Part shown: piece after piece, positions 1-9,323 of the stretch
Position numbering within the stretch: the first letter of the stretch is position 1
Layout of the letters: each line of letters begins with the position of its first letter
Origin: a virus
Lineage: Duplodnaviria > Caudoviricetes
Length of the DNA stretch: 64,000 nt
Virus record (IMG/VR): IMGVR_UViG_3300032313_001158
Location: 331-64,330 of that record
Reading direction: 5' to 3' (one strand)
The notes under the pieces: model-generated
What the model saw: only the letters and a program-made list of their open reading frames with translations
What the model was told of the DNA's origin: nothing
Databases searched by the model: none
Position numbers and translations under genes: made by a program

Positions 1-38
1 TCTTGCATTTTGGACTCCTTGTTAGTTACTATACTGCT

Positions 39-67
39 ATTATAGCAAAATGAGCCATTTGGGTCAA
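39..67 (-). promoter_or_regulatory. sigma70-type early promoter (TTGACC-N17-TATAAT, extended -10 TG)
   Basis: Minus strand reads GGTTGACCCAAATGGCTCATTTTGCTATAAT, followed by leader AGTAACTAACAAGGAG and an ATG at 8 (gene runs off the window edge). Confidence 0.85.
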
Positions 68-116
68 CCAAAAGAAAATGTTGCAAACGAGCAACAAAAG
101 TTGCTGATCAAGCAAG

Positions 117-320
117 TTATCGAGACAACATACGAGTTAGTTCTGCATGTAGCAGATTCATTTCCTCTTGGTCAACATAGTAATCAGTCAGCGGATCCCA
201 ATACTGGCCTTCTTTTGGATCATAGTACAGTACACGACCGGTAGCATAGAAGAACGGACCTTCTAATCCTTTACGCGGCTGCCATTTTGCATCACGCTCG
301 CCTAGTACAGCATATCCCAT
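117..320 (-). CDS. small early phage protein, unknown function
   Basis: 67-aa ORF with AGGAG RBS in an early operon; YYDPKEGQYWDP motif. Confidence 0.75.
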   Translation of the reverse strand: MGYAVLGERDAKWQPRKGLEGPFFYATGRVLYYDPKEGQYWDPLTDYYVDQEEMNLLHAELTRMLSR

Positions 321-335
321 AACAGTCTCCTTGAT

Positions 336-677
336 TTAGTCTAAGCGACTACCTGCGTATGCTTCAAAGCCGTATCGACGGAACACATCAGCCGCGGCCC
401 TAGCACCCGTTTCTAGTGTATCAATATTCTGTACCGGATATCCTGCTGGATTCCACAGTTGAAATGTCTTGGTGTAGTCTTGACGCACACCAGCTGCCTT
501 TAGCATACGACCGATCTTGGTGTTGCCTTTGACCTTATAGATATTGATCCATGCAAAGCCACAGGCATACTGGTCTACACCACCCAACTTAACTCGGAAA
601 AATTCATCAGAGGCCGCATAAGCAGCATCTCTGGCTTCACGCACAATAGCGTTGACTTGTTCTTGTGTAAAGTCCAT
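336..677 (-). CDS. hypothetical early phage protein
   Basis: ORF 336..731; likely start MDFTQEQ at 677, just after the stop of the upstream gene. Confidence 0.75.
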   Translation of the reverse strand: MDFTQEQVNAIVREARDAAYAASDEFFRVKLGGVDQYACGFAWINIYKVKGNTKIGRMLKAAGVRQDYTKTFQLWNPAGYPVQNIDTLETGARAAADVFRRYGFEAYAGSRLD

Positions 678-678
678 A

Positions 679-978
679 TTACATGCTCCAATAAGTTTCG
701 CTCGAAGGAGAACAGAAGCTGGGTGTATCATAACGCTCTTGGAACTCCTTGCCTGACATCATGTTCTTGCGGGTTACAAAAGTCTCAGACACTTTGGCAA
801 AGTAGCCCTTGGCGCGATATTCTTCAGCCACAGTGTTAATAAAATCCCGGGTAACCGGTGCAAAGTCCTTGACTTCTACAAAACGCATGCCTACTCGATT
901 ACGGCCATAACGTTCGTCTTTTTTAATACGCTTGTCTGCTTTGTACAGTTCAACGGTGTATGCGGTAAGTTTTGACAT
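679..978 (-). CDS. hypothetical early phage protein
   Basis: 99-aa ORF with AAGGAG RBS downstream of the promoter at 1011-1039. Confidence 0.75.
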   Translation of the reverse strand: MSKLTAYTVELYKADKRIKKDERYGRNRVGMRFVEVKDFAPVTRDFINTVAEEYRAKGYFAKVSETFVTRKNMMSGKEFQERYDTPSFCSPSSETYWSM

Positions 979-1010
979 TTGATACGCTCCTTATTAGTTA
1001 CTATACCAAT

Positions 1011-1039
1011 ATTGTAGCAAAATGGGTCTTTATGGTCTA
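1011..1039 (-). promoter_or_regulatory. sigma70-type early promoter (TAGACC-N17-TACAAT)
   Basis: Same cassette as 39-67, with leader AGTAACTAATAAGGAG. Confidence 0.75.
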
Positions 1040-1075
1040 CCGCTTTATTTTTGTTGTTATAATTGCAACTGTTGC

Positions 1076-1360
1076 TTATTCTGCAACAGACAGCATACTA
1101 GCAGGAACATTCCAGGTAGTAAAACCTTCACGTACCTTGACGTTTTTAATGTTAATTTTAACAACATTGCCCTGATGTGTGCGACCCGAGCGCGGATTTA
1201 CAAATTTAACAACATCGCCCAGCATAATGGCTCGTTTGGTTTCGCGAGCAATTTGGGTGCGACGATACTTAACAGCGGCAGCGATGCTTTCCAGTTGCTC
1301 ATTTGTAAACGAGCCAAACATGATTGCGGAATTAACATCCTGGATAGATAATTGTGACAT
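1076..1360 (-). CDS. small early protein with a possible SH3-like C-terminus
   Basis: 94-aa ORF, GGAG RBS; beta-rich GDVVKF...GNVVKINIKNVKV...WNV pattern. Confidence 0.7.
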   Translation of the reverse strand: MSQLSIQDVNSAIMFGSFTNEQLESIAAAVKYRRTQIARETKRAIMLGDVVKFVNPRSGRTHQGNVVKINIKNVKVREGFTTWNVPASMLSVAE

Positions 1361-1390
1361 TGTCGACTCCTAGTTAGTTACTGTTCTAAG

Positions 1391-1419
1391 AGTATAGCAA
1401 AATGGGCTATTTAGGTCAA
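1391..1419 (-). promoter_or_regulatory. sigma70-type early promoter (TTGACC-N17-TATACT)
   Basis: Third copy of the early cassette. Confidence 0.8.
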
Positions 1420-1426
1420 TGGTTGT

Positions 1427-1795
1427 TTAAATTGCAATTTTTTTCTGGGCACCGCGTTTCATTTCACCGCGGATTACGGTTGCTGCTACCAGTACACCAT
1501 TGCTTTTGATAAATGGAACGGTAATGTCAGTTTCCAAATCTACTACTTGTATAGAGGATCCTTCGGGCAGTTCTTGCAGAACCAACTGTTTCTTAAGTAA
1601 CAATTTGGAAAAGAAATCAACCACTTCACCTAGACCAATAGGTTCTTGATTTCTAGTGTCATTGATTCTGTCAACGAAATGTGTGGTGACTTTTACAGGT
1701 ATGCCAGCTGGTTGGAATCTGGTATTGAGAGCATCGGTATAATGCCTGGCTAATTGGCTATTAGTTTCTTCGATTAAAAATTCTGTTAGTCTCAT
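1427..1795 (-). CDS. putative head-packaged protein, possible BECR-like RNase
   Basis: N-terminus MRLTEFLIEE; HFVDRINDTR motif. Confidence 0.55.
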   Translation of the reverse strand: MRLTEFLIEETNSQLARHYTDALNTRFQPAGIPVKVTTHFVDRINDTRNQEPIGLGEVVDFFSKLLLKKQLVLQELPEGSSIQVVDLETDITVPFIKSNGVLVAATVIRGEMKRGAQKKIAI

Positions 1796-1805
1796 TTGTG
1801 ATCAT

Positions 1806-2594
1806 TTACACTAGTAAAGCAAAAGTTCCCGAGGTGGTAAATGTATGCACAACGTATCCTGGTCTTGACAAGGTACTTATTGTTCCGCCAGTGGCTCTAG
1901 CCACGGTTCCTGGATAAGCAACAATCACAACACCTCTACCACCAGAACCGGCCGTTGCACCAGCTGGACCACCGCCTCCACCGCCTCCAAGTCCGTTCGT
2001 TCCTGCAGTTCCGTTACCGGCACTTCCCCCGGCTCCGCCACCGCCTAGACCGCCACTGCCGCCACCAAAAGAGTTCAAACTAGCGCCGCCACCGCCACCG
2101 GCATAGTATGTAGCAGTTCCGGTAATACTATATAGTAAACCAATACCACCGGCACCACCATTGCCTCCGGCAGCTGCACCATTTGCACCAGCTCCGCCGC
2201 CACCGCCACCTGGGGTGTATGCTCCGCCATTGGCACTACCTCCGTTGTTACCTTGTGTGGGTGCAGTGCTGGACTGACCGCTGGGATAGTTTGTACTGTT
2301 ACCACCGCCACCTGATCCAGCTGCACCACCGGCCACTCTATTACCACCTCCAACAGCAGTGTAACCAAATCCAGTTGTGTCCTGCCCCCTGGTGTTTTGT
2401 GCACCGCCATTGCCAACTGTGATTGAGTAGGATCCAGTGCCAAGAGAAATAGTTGGGAAATATAACAAACCACCAGCGCCACCGCCACCACCACCGTCGT
2501 CACCTGAGCGGCCACCACCACCGCCGCCAGCAACTAATAATATTTCTGCTGACAGTGCCGGCGAGCCAGCAAAAAGCAATGATACCATTGTCAT
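1806..2594 (-). CDS. glycine-rich virion/tail-associated protein
   Basis: LLVAGGGGGG...YYAGGGGG...GSGGRGVVIVAY...VHTFTTSGTF, typical of the phage glycine-rich domain. Confidence 0.8.
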   Translation of the reverse strand: MTMVSLLFAGSPALSAEILLVAGGGGGGRSGDDGGGGGGAGGLLYFPTISLGTGSYSITVGNGGAQNTRGQDTTGFGYTAVGGGNRVAGGAAGSGGGGNSTNYPSGQSSTAPTQGNNGGSANGGAYTPGGGGGGAGANGAAAGGNGGAGGIGLLYSITGTATYYAGGGGGASLNSFGGGSGGLGGGGAGGSAGNGTAGTNGLGGGGGGGPAGATAGSGGRGVVIVAYPGTVARATGGTISTLSRPGYVVHTFTTSGTFALLV

Positions 2595-2595
2595 A

Positions 2596-4542
2596 TTAGG
2601 TTAATCCGGCTCCGGTAATAACAAATTGATTGCTGGCAATACATAATATGGTGCAAAGTCCATATCCAGCAAGTGTACGACTGCCCGTTAAACCAGTGAC
2701 CACTTGCCGCATGGTAACACTGGTTCCTTGTGTAATTGTTTGACTTGAACTGGAGTTGTTATAAATTGTTACAGATTGCCCTGCACTAAACACTCCAGAA
2801 TTTAGCGTAACTCCACCCGAAGTAATAGAAATTACCTGTCCAGAATCTGATACTAAAAGGCTATAACTTGATCCTTTACTTTGCACCGGCAAATTACGAA
2901 GATTACCAACACTGTCGGCCACACTGGTCATGCCAGACATTGTACCGCCAGTGATAGTTACATTATTGTCGTTCTGAATTGACAGGTTGCCTAAACTACC
3001 AGTAACTGCGGTTACAAAAGCAGTTGTTGCTACCGCAGTATTTGATGTACCAGTTGGCATGGTCAAGGTAGTTACAATTCCGCCTACACTTAGATTGCCG
3101 GCTATGCCTGCACCGCCCGACAATACCATTGCTCCTGTAGTAGTTGACCGACTGGCAGTGGTTGCTGTTGATAATAGGTTACCAGCGACATGTATGTTTG
3201 CACCTATAGTTGCTTGTCCGCTCGTTGAGCTATTACCGCTGATAACAACATTACTACCAATTGTGGCTGTTGTACCAACGGTTAACGCACCAGACAATGC
3301 AGCAGACCGAGTGTGTATGGTGTTAAATCGCATACCAGAACTGCCGATGTTTGAACTAATATTAGCAGTTGGAATTATATCTGCACCAAGATACATGGTT
3401 GCTACATTGCTTAAAGTAGAAAATGTATTAGCCGCGTTTATATTTCCTACCAATATACTTTCAGAAAAAATATTGGTCCAACGATTGGTGGTGTTCCCTA
3501 GAGTGTAAGTTAAATTTGCACTGGGTGTCACATCCCCGAAGAAATTGGCTGTGCCGTTTACTGACCCAGATAATGTATCAACATAATTTTTTGTGGCCAC
3601 AGATAAAGCAGGCGATGATGCTATAGGGTGACTGTAGACTTCAGCTAATCCGGTGGTAGAATTTCCTCGCAAGAAAGCAGTTTGTAGACCTCCAGATTTA
3701 ACACTGAGAACAAGGTCTCTATTATTAGTCTGATTTCTTAAAGTGACTACACCGCTGCTAACTGATCCAACGAAGTCACTTGCAGCGCCAAATGTGATGC
3801 CGCCATCATTGGTCAATGATAACGAGCCATTTACAGTGCCAGACTGATCATTTCGTAAAAAACTAGCTCCAGCAACGGCTACACCACTCACATACAAACT
3901 GCTGGCAACTTCGCTGTTGCCCCAAAATGTGTGTCCTAGTGTGCTGTTGAGATTTAGTCCTTTTTTGATAGTAGCAAATCCAGATATGTCTGAAGCAAAT
4001 GGACCATCCTTGCTCCAAATTCCTACCAAAATATCGTTAATAAGAAATTTGATCACCACAAAAGTTGTGCTGGGTGGTGCGTCAGTAATAACGTCAGGTA
4101 TGGCTCCTGAATTACCAGTAGCTGTTCTACTCAATGGGCCAATAAGTTGCCAAACTGTACCGTTATATAGTTTTAATTGGCCGTTGGTGGTATCATACCA
4201 CTGCTCACCTGTGTAAGCATTCAATGGGGTGCTGGCACTCAATGTCATTCCAGCAACAGTTTTCCAAATAGCACTAGCTGTGCCTTTGGTGGTAGCTATA
4301 TTTACATTTAATAATTTTGTTGTGCTATTGAACCAAAGTTGTCCAGGAACAGGTGCAGTGGGTGCTGTGCCAAGTGCAAAGTTTTCCATTAATCTTACTA
4401 CATTTTGATTTAGAAAAAGCCCGTATCCTTTGTAGTTTTTTCCTACCAAAGTGAGGCTTGAGTTTGTACTGTCTGTGGTATTATCTAATAATCCACCTGC
4501 AATTAATTCTGTTCCGTTGGTTAATGTTATATTATATGCCAT
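2596..4542 (-). CDS. tail fibre / baseplate-associated structural protein
   Basis: 648 aa, Thr/Ser/Gly-rich; GQLWFNS and GEQWYDT repeats, ATKNYVD and ATTAFV fibre motifs; TAAATA late promoter at 4562-4567. Confidence 0.75.
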   Translation of the reverse strand: MAYNITLTNGTELIAGGLLDNTTDSTNSSLTLVGKNYKGYGLFLNQNVVRLMENFALGTAPTAPVPGQLWFNSTTKLLNVNIATTKGTASAIWKTVAGMTLSASTPLNAYTGEQWYDTTNGQLKLYNGTVWQLIGPLSRTATGNSGAIPDVITDAPPSTTFVVIKFLINDILVGIWSKDGPFASDISGFATIKKGLNLNSTLGHTFWGNSEVASSLYVSGVAVAGASFLRNDQSGTVNGSLSLTNDGGITFGAASDFVGSVSSGVVTLRNQTNNRDLVLSVKSGGLQTAFLRGNSTTGLAEVYSHPIASSPALSVATKNYVDTLSGSVNGTANFFGDVTPSANLTYTLGNTTNRWTNIFSESILVGNINAANTFSTLSNVATMYLGADIIPTANISSNIGSSGMRFNTIHTRSAALSGALTVGTTATIGSNVVISGNSSTSGQATIGANIHVAGNLLSTATTASRSTTTGAMVLSGGAGIAGNLSVGGIVTTLTMPTGTSNTAVATTAFVTAVTGSLGNLSIQNDNNVTITGGTMSGMTSVADSVGNLRNLPVQSKGSSYSLLVSDSGQVISITSGGVTLNSGVFSAGQSVTIYNNSSSSQTITQGTSVTMRQVVTGLTGSRTLAGYGLCTILCIASNQFVITGAGLT

Positions 4543-4595
4543 TTTCTGTTCCTATACCCTGTATTTATGCTATTTTTACGGGGTAGTATTTGATA

Positions 4596-5273
4596 CTATT
4601 TTTGGCGCCCTGACTTCATGTTAGCACACCAGTGATACATTTTGGCTCGTTCACCACCGGCGTTCTTGGCACGAGCACGTAAATCAGTGACTGACCCGTT
4701 GCAACTGGCACCCGAGCGTTTTACACGACCAGGGCGACTTCGGCCTTTAACTTTACCGTCTGCAAAGTTTTCCCATACATTCTGTTCAGGACGATGTTTG
4801 CCCCAGAAGCCAGCCCCTGCATCTGTTTGCTGACCACTACGGCGTATCTTGTAGCCTTTGCTTTTAACATAGTCATACATGGCAGCAGCAATACCTTGTC
4901 CTTGGAAGCGTTCATCCACTTCTAAATCTTGTGGCATCAAGTATCCGCCTTCGTCTACAAACAACACATGACCTAGTTCACGACCATTGGCTATGGCTCT
5001 AACCATGATTTCATCGCCTTCTATGTCCATGTCAATATCTATACCACCGAATGAATCTTCTGTTACTTTTATTTGTTCTTGATCTTTGATCCACTCGTCC
5101 GGAGTCATTCCGTGTTTTTCAACAAAACGATCATGTAATTGTTTTGGGGTAATGTCTTGCTCTTTAGCAATTGTCTGCATCATATGATCTATTGCATCGT
5201 AGCTGTGTGGGTTTTTTAGATCTTTTTCTAAATCTTTAACAGCATCCTCGTTTAAAAATTCACTTGCTCTCAT
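4596..5273 (-). CDS. multidomain head-cargo protein with a GNAT acetyltransferase domain
   Basis: MRASEFLNE N-terminus; VDERFQGQGIA acetyl-CoA motif; QTDAGAGFW; separate C-terminal NFADGK...HWCANMK domain. Confidence 0.75.
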   Translation of the reverse strand: MRASEFLNEDAVKDLEKDLKNPHSYDAIDHMMQTIAKEQDITPKQLHDRFVEKHGMTPDEWIKDQEQIKVTEDSFGGIDIDMDIEGDEIMVRAIANGRELGHVLFVDEGGYLMPQDLEVDERFQGQGIAAAMYDYVKSKGYKIRRSGQQTDAGAGFWGKHRPEQNVWENFADGKVKGRSRPGRVKRSGASCNGSVTDLRARAKNAGGERAKMYHWCANMKSGRQK

Positions 5274-6562
5274 TATGAGCCTAACCGATCCATCCAGTGT
5301 ACAAAAGGATCATTAACTACAATAGTGCCATCAGGTCGTTGCATATAATTACTACTGTGTAAATCAAGTGAATATCCGTGTTTCCTACCAAACGTATGAA
5401 CAGTATGCACTGTTTTCAATAATCTTTCGGCACTTTGTCTACCGCCTAGATATCTTACAACTGCTTCAGCATCTGTACCCAATTTACTAAATATCTGATC
5501 AAAATCTTTCTTGCCAATTTGATCAGTGAATTGATCTATGTAATGAACAATGCGTCTGAGATCAGGCGATAATTCTTGCAATGCTTCCATTCGGGCCTGA
5601 ATATAGTTCTTGCCTTGGAATTCAAAACTTTCAAATCCCGAAAAACGTGGTAGGCTAGGATTGTTTTTATTGGCATTGCAATAATTAATCCAATCAATGA
5701 ACATGCGTTGGTCGGGACTAAAATTTTCTCTATTTCCCGGGCGATAACCAAATACAAGTAATACTTGCCCTGTATCGGGCTCGAGCCATGCTTGTTTATC
5801 AATACCACTACCAAGATATTGGTAGCCTTTGTCCCGTAATACTTTTCTTATGCCGCCGTGGACCTTGCCGGCCATTTCAGTTACTTCATTATTACGACTA
5901 GGGCCGTAGATAAATGCCGATGGATTTAGTCCAAACTTGGCAGCAACTTTTTCAATGAAAGCATGGACTATACTGTTAGGAATACGTTCAGCCACTTTCT
6001 TTTGAATTATTTGATCGTAGTGTTTACCTTTGAGATAAACGTCAACTAATTCTCTGTCACTGATGATTTTACCTTCTTCAATATCGGCATCTTCTTCAAA
6101 TTGTTTTGAATAACCTACATTAAATTGTGGGTCGGCGCCGGCCCATGTTCCTTTACTGACACCTGCATTGAATCCACCTTTTTGGTAGTTTAGGCCATAA
6201 CTTTGAATTCCTTGGTCTTTTTGTCCTGCTGCATTTAACGATACAGAACTATCATTTCCTACTGGTATATTATAAGACCCCGACACCGCACCTCGATCAC
6301 CCAAATATAAACTAGCAGGACCTTTGGCTATGTTTACACCTCGTTGTGGCATAAATGTAGCACTAGCACCAGGTTGGTCTGCTGCTATAGATAGATTTAA
6401 GCCGCCTGGCAAGTTTCCTGATGCTCGTTGATACCCTTGACCAGCATCCACCCCAATTTCTTGATGCCAATTTGGTTCAAATTCAGTTCCGCCGCCGGAC
6501 CAAGTGTCTTTGCCCAAGTCAGGAAGTTCACTGTCGTCTTTTAAAAACTCGTATGCTCTCAT
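5273..6562 (-). CDS. multidomain head-cargo protein with a C-terminal protein-kinase-like domain
   Basis: MRAYEFLKD N-terminus; YLGSG glycine loop, DLHSSNYM catalytic loop and NDP metal-binding-like motif. Confidence 0.7.
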   Translation of the reverse strand: MRAYEFLKDDSELPDLGKDTWSGGGTEFEPNWHQEIGVDAGQGYQRASGNLPGGLNLSIAADQPGASATFMPQRGVNIAKGPASLYLGDRGAVSGSYNIPVGNDSSVSLNAAGQKDQGIQSYGLNYQKGGFNAGVSKGTWAGADPQFNVGYSKQFEEDADIEEGKIISDRELVDVYLKGKHYDQIIQKKVAERIPNSIVHAFIEKVAAKFGLNPSAFIYGPSRNNEVTEMAGKVHGGIRKVLRDKGYQYLGSGIDKQAWLEPDTGQVLLVFGYRPGNRENFSPDQRMFIDWINYCNANKNNPSLPRFSGFESFEFQGKNYIQARMEALQELSPDLRRIVHYIDQFTDQIGKKDFDQIFSKLGTDAEAVVRYLGGRQSAERLLKTVHTVHTFGRKHGYSLDLHSSNYMQRPDGTIVVNDPFVHWMDRLGS

Positions 6563-8874
6563 GTCACAGGTACTATGGTAAATGGACCACGGTCTCTAAC
6601 TTCAGCTGGTGCAGTATTAATCATCCAATTTCTTGCATACTGATTGGCATCACTTTGTGCCGTGGTATTGATAAACGAATACACTTCTTGGTCATTGCGA
6701 TCTAGTATGAGCCATCTGGCATTGCCTGGTGGTAAGTTGTCTGAACCACGAGCAGATTGTTGCTGTACCTGAGAAGCTGCTCCCGGTGTTGTTCTTAGAT
6801 TGAATCCTTCTCTAGGTAAGCCGGGATTTCTAATAGCATCCTGCCAGATTCTAAATGCTTGCACCGCTTGTTCTTCAGTGTTGGCCGTAAATCTATAAAC
6901 GGTATTTTGACTGGATATGTTATATATTTCCCAATTACCGTCGGCAGTATCCAGTGCAGGCATTTGCGCTGCCAGTCGTTGACGCTGTAGATCTTGTGTA
7001 CTGCCTGACACAGCACCAGCTGGCACTGGTTCTCCTGATCTAGCTTGTATAGGTCTCATCTGTGGGCGAACATACACACGATCATCAAACCCTGTTTCCT
7101 CCTGCCATCTTGCAGCATGGCGTTCGGCATCAGCAACAGCATTGCCTATTCCACTTATAGTATGCACGACTTCGTCGGTAGCTCTACTAACAACTTCCCA
7201 AGTTCCAGTAAATTCTTGATCTCTGCTGGGCGTCTGCTGCGGAGTTTCTTCGTATGGACGAATAGGTTCAGCTTTAACATCATCCTTGCCACGCCATTCT
7301 GCATACCCATTTGGGCCGCTGGTTCCTTTTTCAATGGCCTCTTCGGCACTTGTGGCCACAACTTCTACACTGGCCCAAATACTGGGTCTATATACACGCC
7401 ACCAATAGCGTTTACCATCGCCTGGCTTTTGTTTTGTAACTTCACGCTTGGTTTGTATTTGTCTAATAAAACTCTTTAGTGCTGATGTAGGCAATTCACC
7501 TGCTGCGTACCGGGCAAAGTACTGAATACTGTCATCGTCACCTTTTGGATTTAAAGTTTTGTACAACTTTTTGTAGTATTCTTGTTTGAATGCGTCAGGT
7601 TTGGTAGCAACATCCAGTGCAACTACAGCTCGTAATAATGTGTTCTTTACAGGACCAAGGTCATCACCCAACCAGTCTCCGCCCGGACTACGAAACTCAA
7701 TCCAGTCGCCACGATTGTTAATGCTGACAAATTTTTCTGTTGATCCGGTGTGAATCATCTTGCTGGCCAATTGATTAAGACCATTCTGAAACTGACGCAT
7801 CATTTCTGTGACTTTATCAGGATTACTGCCTGCTTGTGTTCTAATTTTCTGCAATGCAGATTTGCAATAGTGGTTGCCTTCACGACCAAATTGTTTTAAG
7901 ATGTACTCGTCGCCTAGGAACATGGCCAATTTTACATAGTCAAGATTCTGTTGATCAGGTACGCTCACGTTCATGTGTAGTCCAGTGCTGCTGTTGGTAT
8001 AAGCACCAGCCTGGCTGGCCCATTTTGCTACCTTGTCTATGTCCTCTAACATCTCAGGAACAGTTAGTACAGGACTAACAAACTCCAAGCCTGTTTCACC
8101 TTCATCTCCTTGCAGACTGCCGTCAGGTTCTACCACATAGTGTCCAGCTTCTCTGCGACCGCCATGATAACTAGATGCAGCATTTACTGGTCGACCTATT
8201 GCTTGACTAAATTCGTCAGCCACAGCATCAATGCTGATTGCGCCACCACCACCGCCATAATATTCCGGATAGGTCCAGTAAGGCCAGTCTAGATTGTATT
8301 GATTAGCAAATTCACTCATTGAGCTAATGTCTTGCTCATCTAACCAGCGTTCAAAAAGTGTGTCGGCATCATCTCTGAATTCTTGACCAATTTCATCACG
8401 GATGTCGTCCTCATTTTGGTCAATGTAGTCTTGAATAGCTTGTTGCAGTTCTCGTTCTGAATCTTCATCGTAGTCGCTGGGATCAACATTGTCGATAGCA
8501 ATTTCTCTTATTCTTTCTTGTCCCGCAGGCGACGCAATGAAGTCTTGCTCGGCTTCGTCTATCCAGGAATAGAAATCTTCGTTCAAGCTGTCTATTGCTC
8601 GTTGTATAGTGCTGGTGCTGTTGCCCATGTCGCCGCCACGGAAGAACGAAATAATGTCACGTTGCCAACCTCTACCAGTAGGAAAACTTTCATCTGCATC
8701 ATAGTCAGGTTCTGAATCGTATTCCTCTTCTTCCTTCTCAACACCGGGCACTATTAGCTCAAATTCCATACCTGCTCTGGCATCAATGTTCTTGACCATT
8801 TTGCTCAAGTTAGTTGGGCTCATATTGAGCTCAAACAATTCATCTTCGGTTAGTTCAAATTCTCTGTATCTCAT
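6559..8874 (-). CDS. putative amidoligase (COOH-NH2 ligase type 2) with an acidic insert and C-terminal repeats
   Basis: GMEFE, EPDGSL, GLEFVSP, TGLHMNVS and IEFRSPGG motifs; MRYREFELTE N-terminus. Confidence 0.85.
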   Translation of the reverse strand: MRYREFELTEDELFELNMSPTNLSKMVKNIDARAGMEFELIVPGVEKEEEEYDSEPDYDADESFPTGRGWQRDIISFFRGGDMGNSTSTIQRAIDSLNEDFYSWIDEAEQDFIASPAGQERIREIAIDNVDPSDYDEDSERELQQAIQDYIDQNEDDIRDEIGQEFRDDADTLFERWLDEQDISSMSEFANQYNLDWPYWTYPEYYGGGGGAISIDAVADEFSQAIGRPVNAASSYHGGRREAGHYVVEPDGSLQGDEGETGLEFVSPVLTVPEMLEDIDKVAKWASQAGAYTNSSTGLHMNVSVPDQQNLDYVKLAMFLGDEYILKQFGREGNHYCKSALQKIRTQAGSNPDKVTEMMRQFQNGLNQLASKMIHTGSTEKFVSINNRGDWIEFRSPGGDWLGDDLGPVKNTLLRAVVALDVATKPDAFKQEYYKKLYKTLNPKGDDDSIQYFARYAAGELPTSALKSFIRQIQTKREVTKQKPGDGKRYWWRVYRPSIWASVEVVATSAEEAIEKGTSGPNGYAEWRGKDDVKAEPIRPYEETPQQTPSRDQEFTGTWEVVSRATDEVVHTISGIGNAVADAERHAARWQEETGFDDRVYVRPQMRPIQARSGEPVPAGAVSGSTQDLQRQRLAAQMPALDTADGNWEIYNISSQNTVYRFTANTEEQAVQAFRIWQDAIRNPGLPREGFNLRTTPGAASQVQQQSARGSDNLPPGNARWLILDRNDQEVYSFINTTAQSDANQYARNWMINTAPAEVRDRGPFTIVPVT

Positions 8875-9323
8875 GTTCTGTACTTTTCTTTTTCAATGCT
8901 AGGTAACAATGCATTAGATTTATTTTTTGTTGGTTGTTCCTTGGGTTCGAACCAGTCAATGTTTTTGCTTTTTTCAGCATCTAGTTCCACGTCTCTAGTG
9001 GGTATTCCTTTCAAATCTCGTACTGGAACCTTACCGCCTCGCGACTTAGGTGCTGCTGCCCAATATTCATCACGTGGTGCATTGGTGTATATTTTTCTGG
9101 GATCAATCGATTTTTTTGTATCAACGGCGGGCTTTGATGGTGCCCATGGTGTATCTGGTACAGTGTATCTTGGTCCTGTGTTGGTTGGTTGACTGGCAGC
9201 AAAAGTTGATTCTGGCCCACTTTTTATATCTTGTACTCGCATTTGTTCGCGCCACTGGACAATTTCTCGTGGATCCATATGCACCCAGTCTTCGCGCTCT
9301 GTTATGAATTCTTGAGCTCTCAT
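8871..9323 (-). CDS. putative head-cargo protein, low complexity
   Basis: MRAQEFITE N-terminus; ATGA overlaps with neighbouring genes. Confidence 0.65.
   Translation of the reverse strand: MRAQEFITEREDWVHMDPREIVQWREQMRVQDIKSGPESTFAASQPTNTGPRYTVPDTPWAPSKPAVDTKKSIDPRKIYTNAPRDEYWAAAPKSRGGKVPVRDLKGIPTRDVELDAEKSKNIDWFEPKEQPTKNKSNALLPSIEKEKYRT

Noticed and set aside
1806-2594. GC-rich (CCG/CCA)n tracts as DNA repeats or foreign DNA
   Set aside because: Explained by glycine codons of the glycine-rich protein; the overlapping alternative-frame ORFs are by-products.
2987-4216. Plus-strand ORFs opposite structural genes (also 20915..21304 and 39339..39647)
   Set aside because: Antisense shadows produced by the codon bias of the real minus-strand genes.
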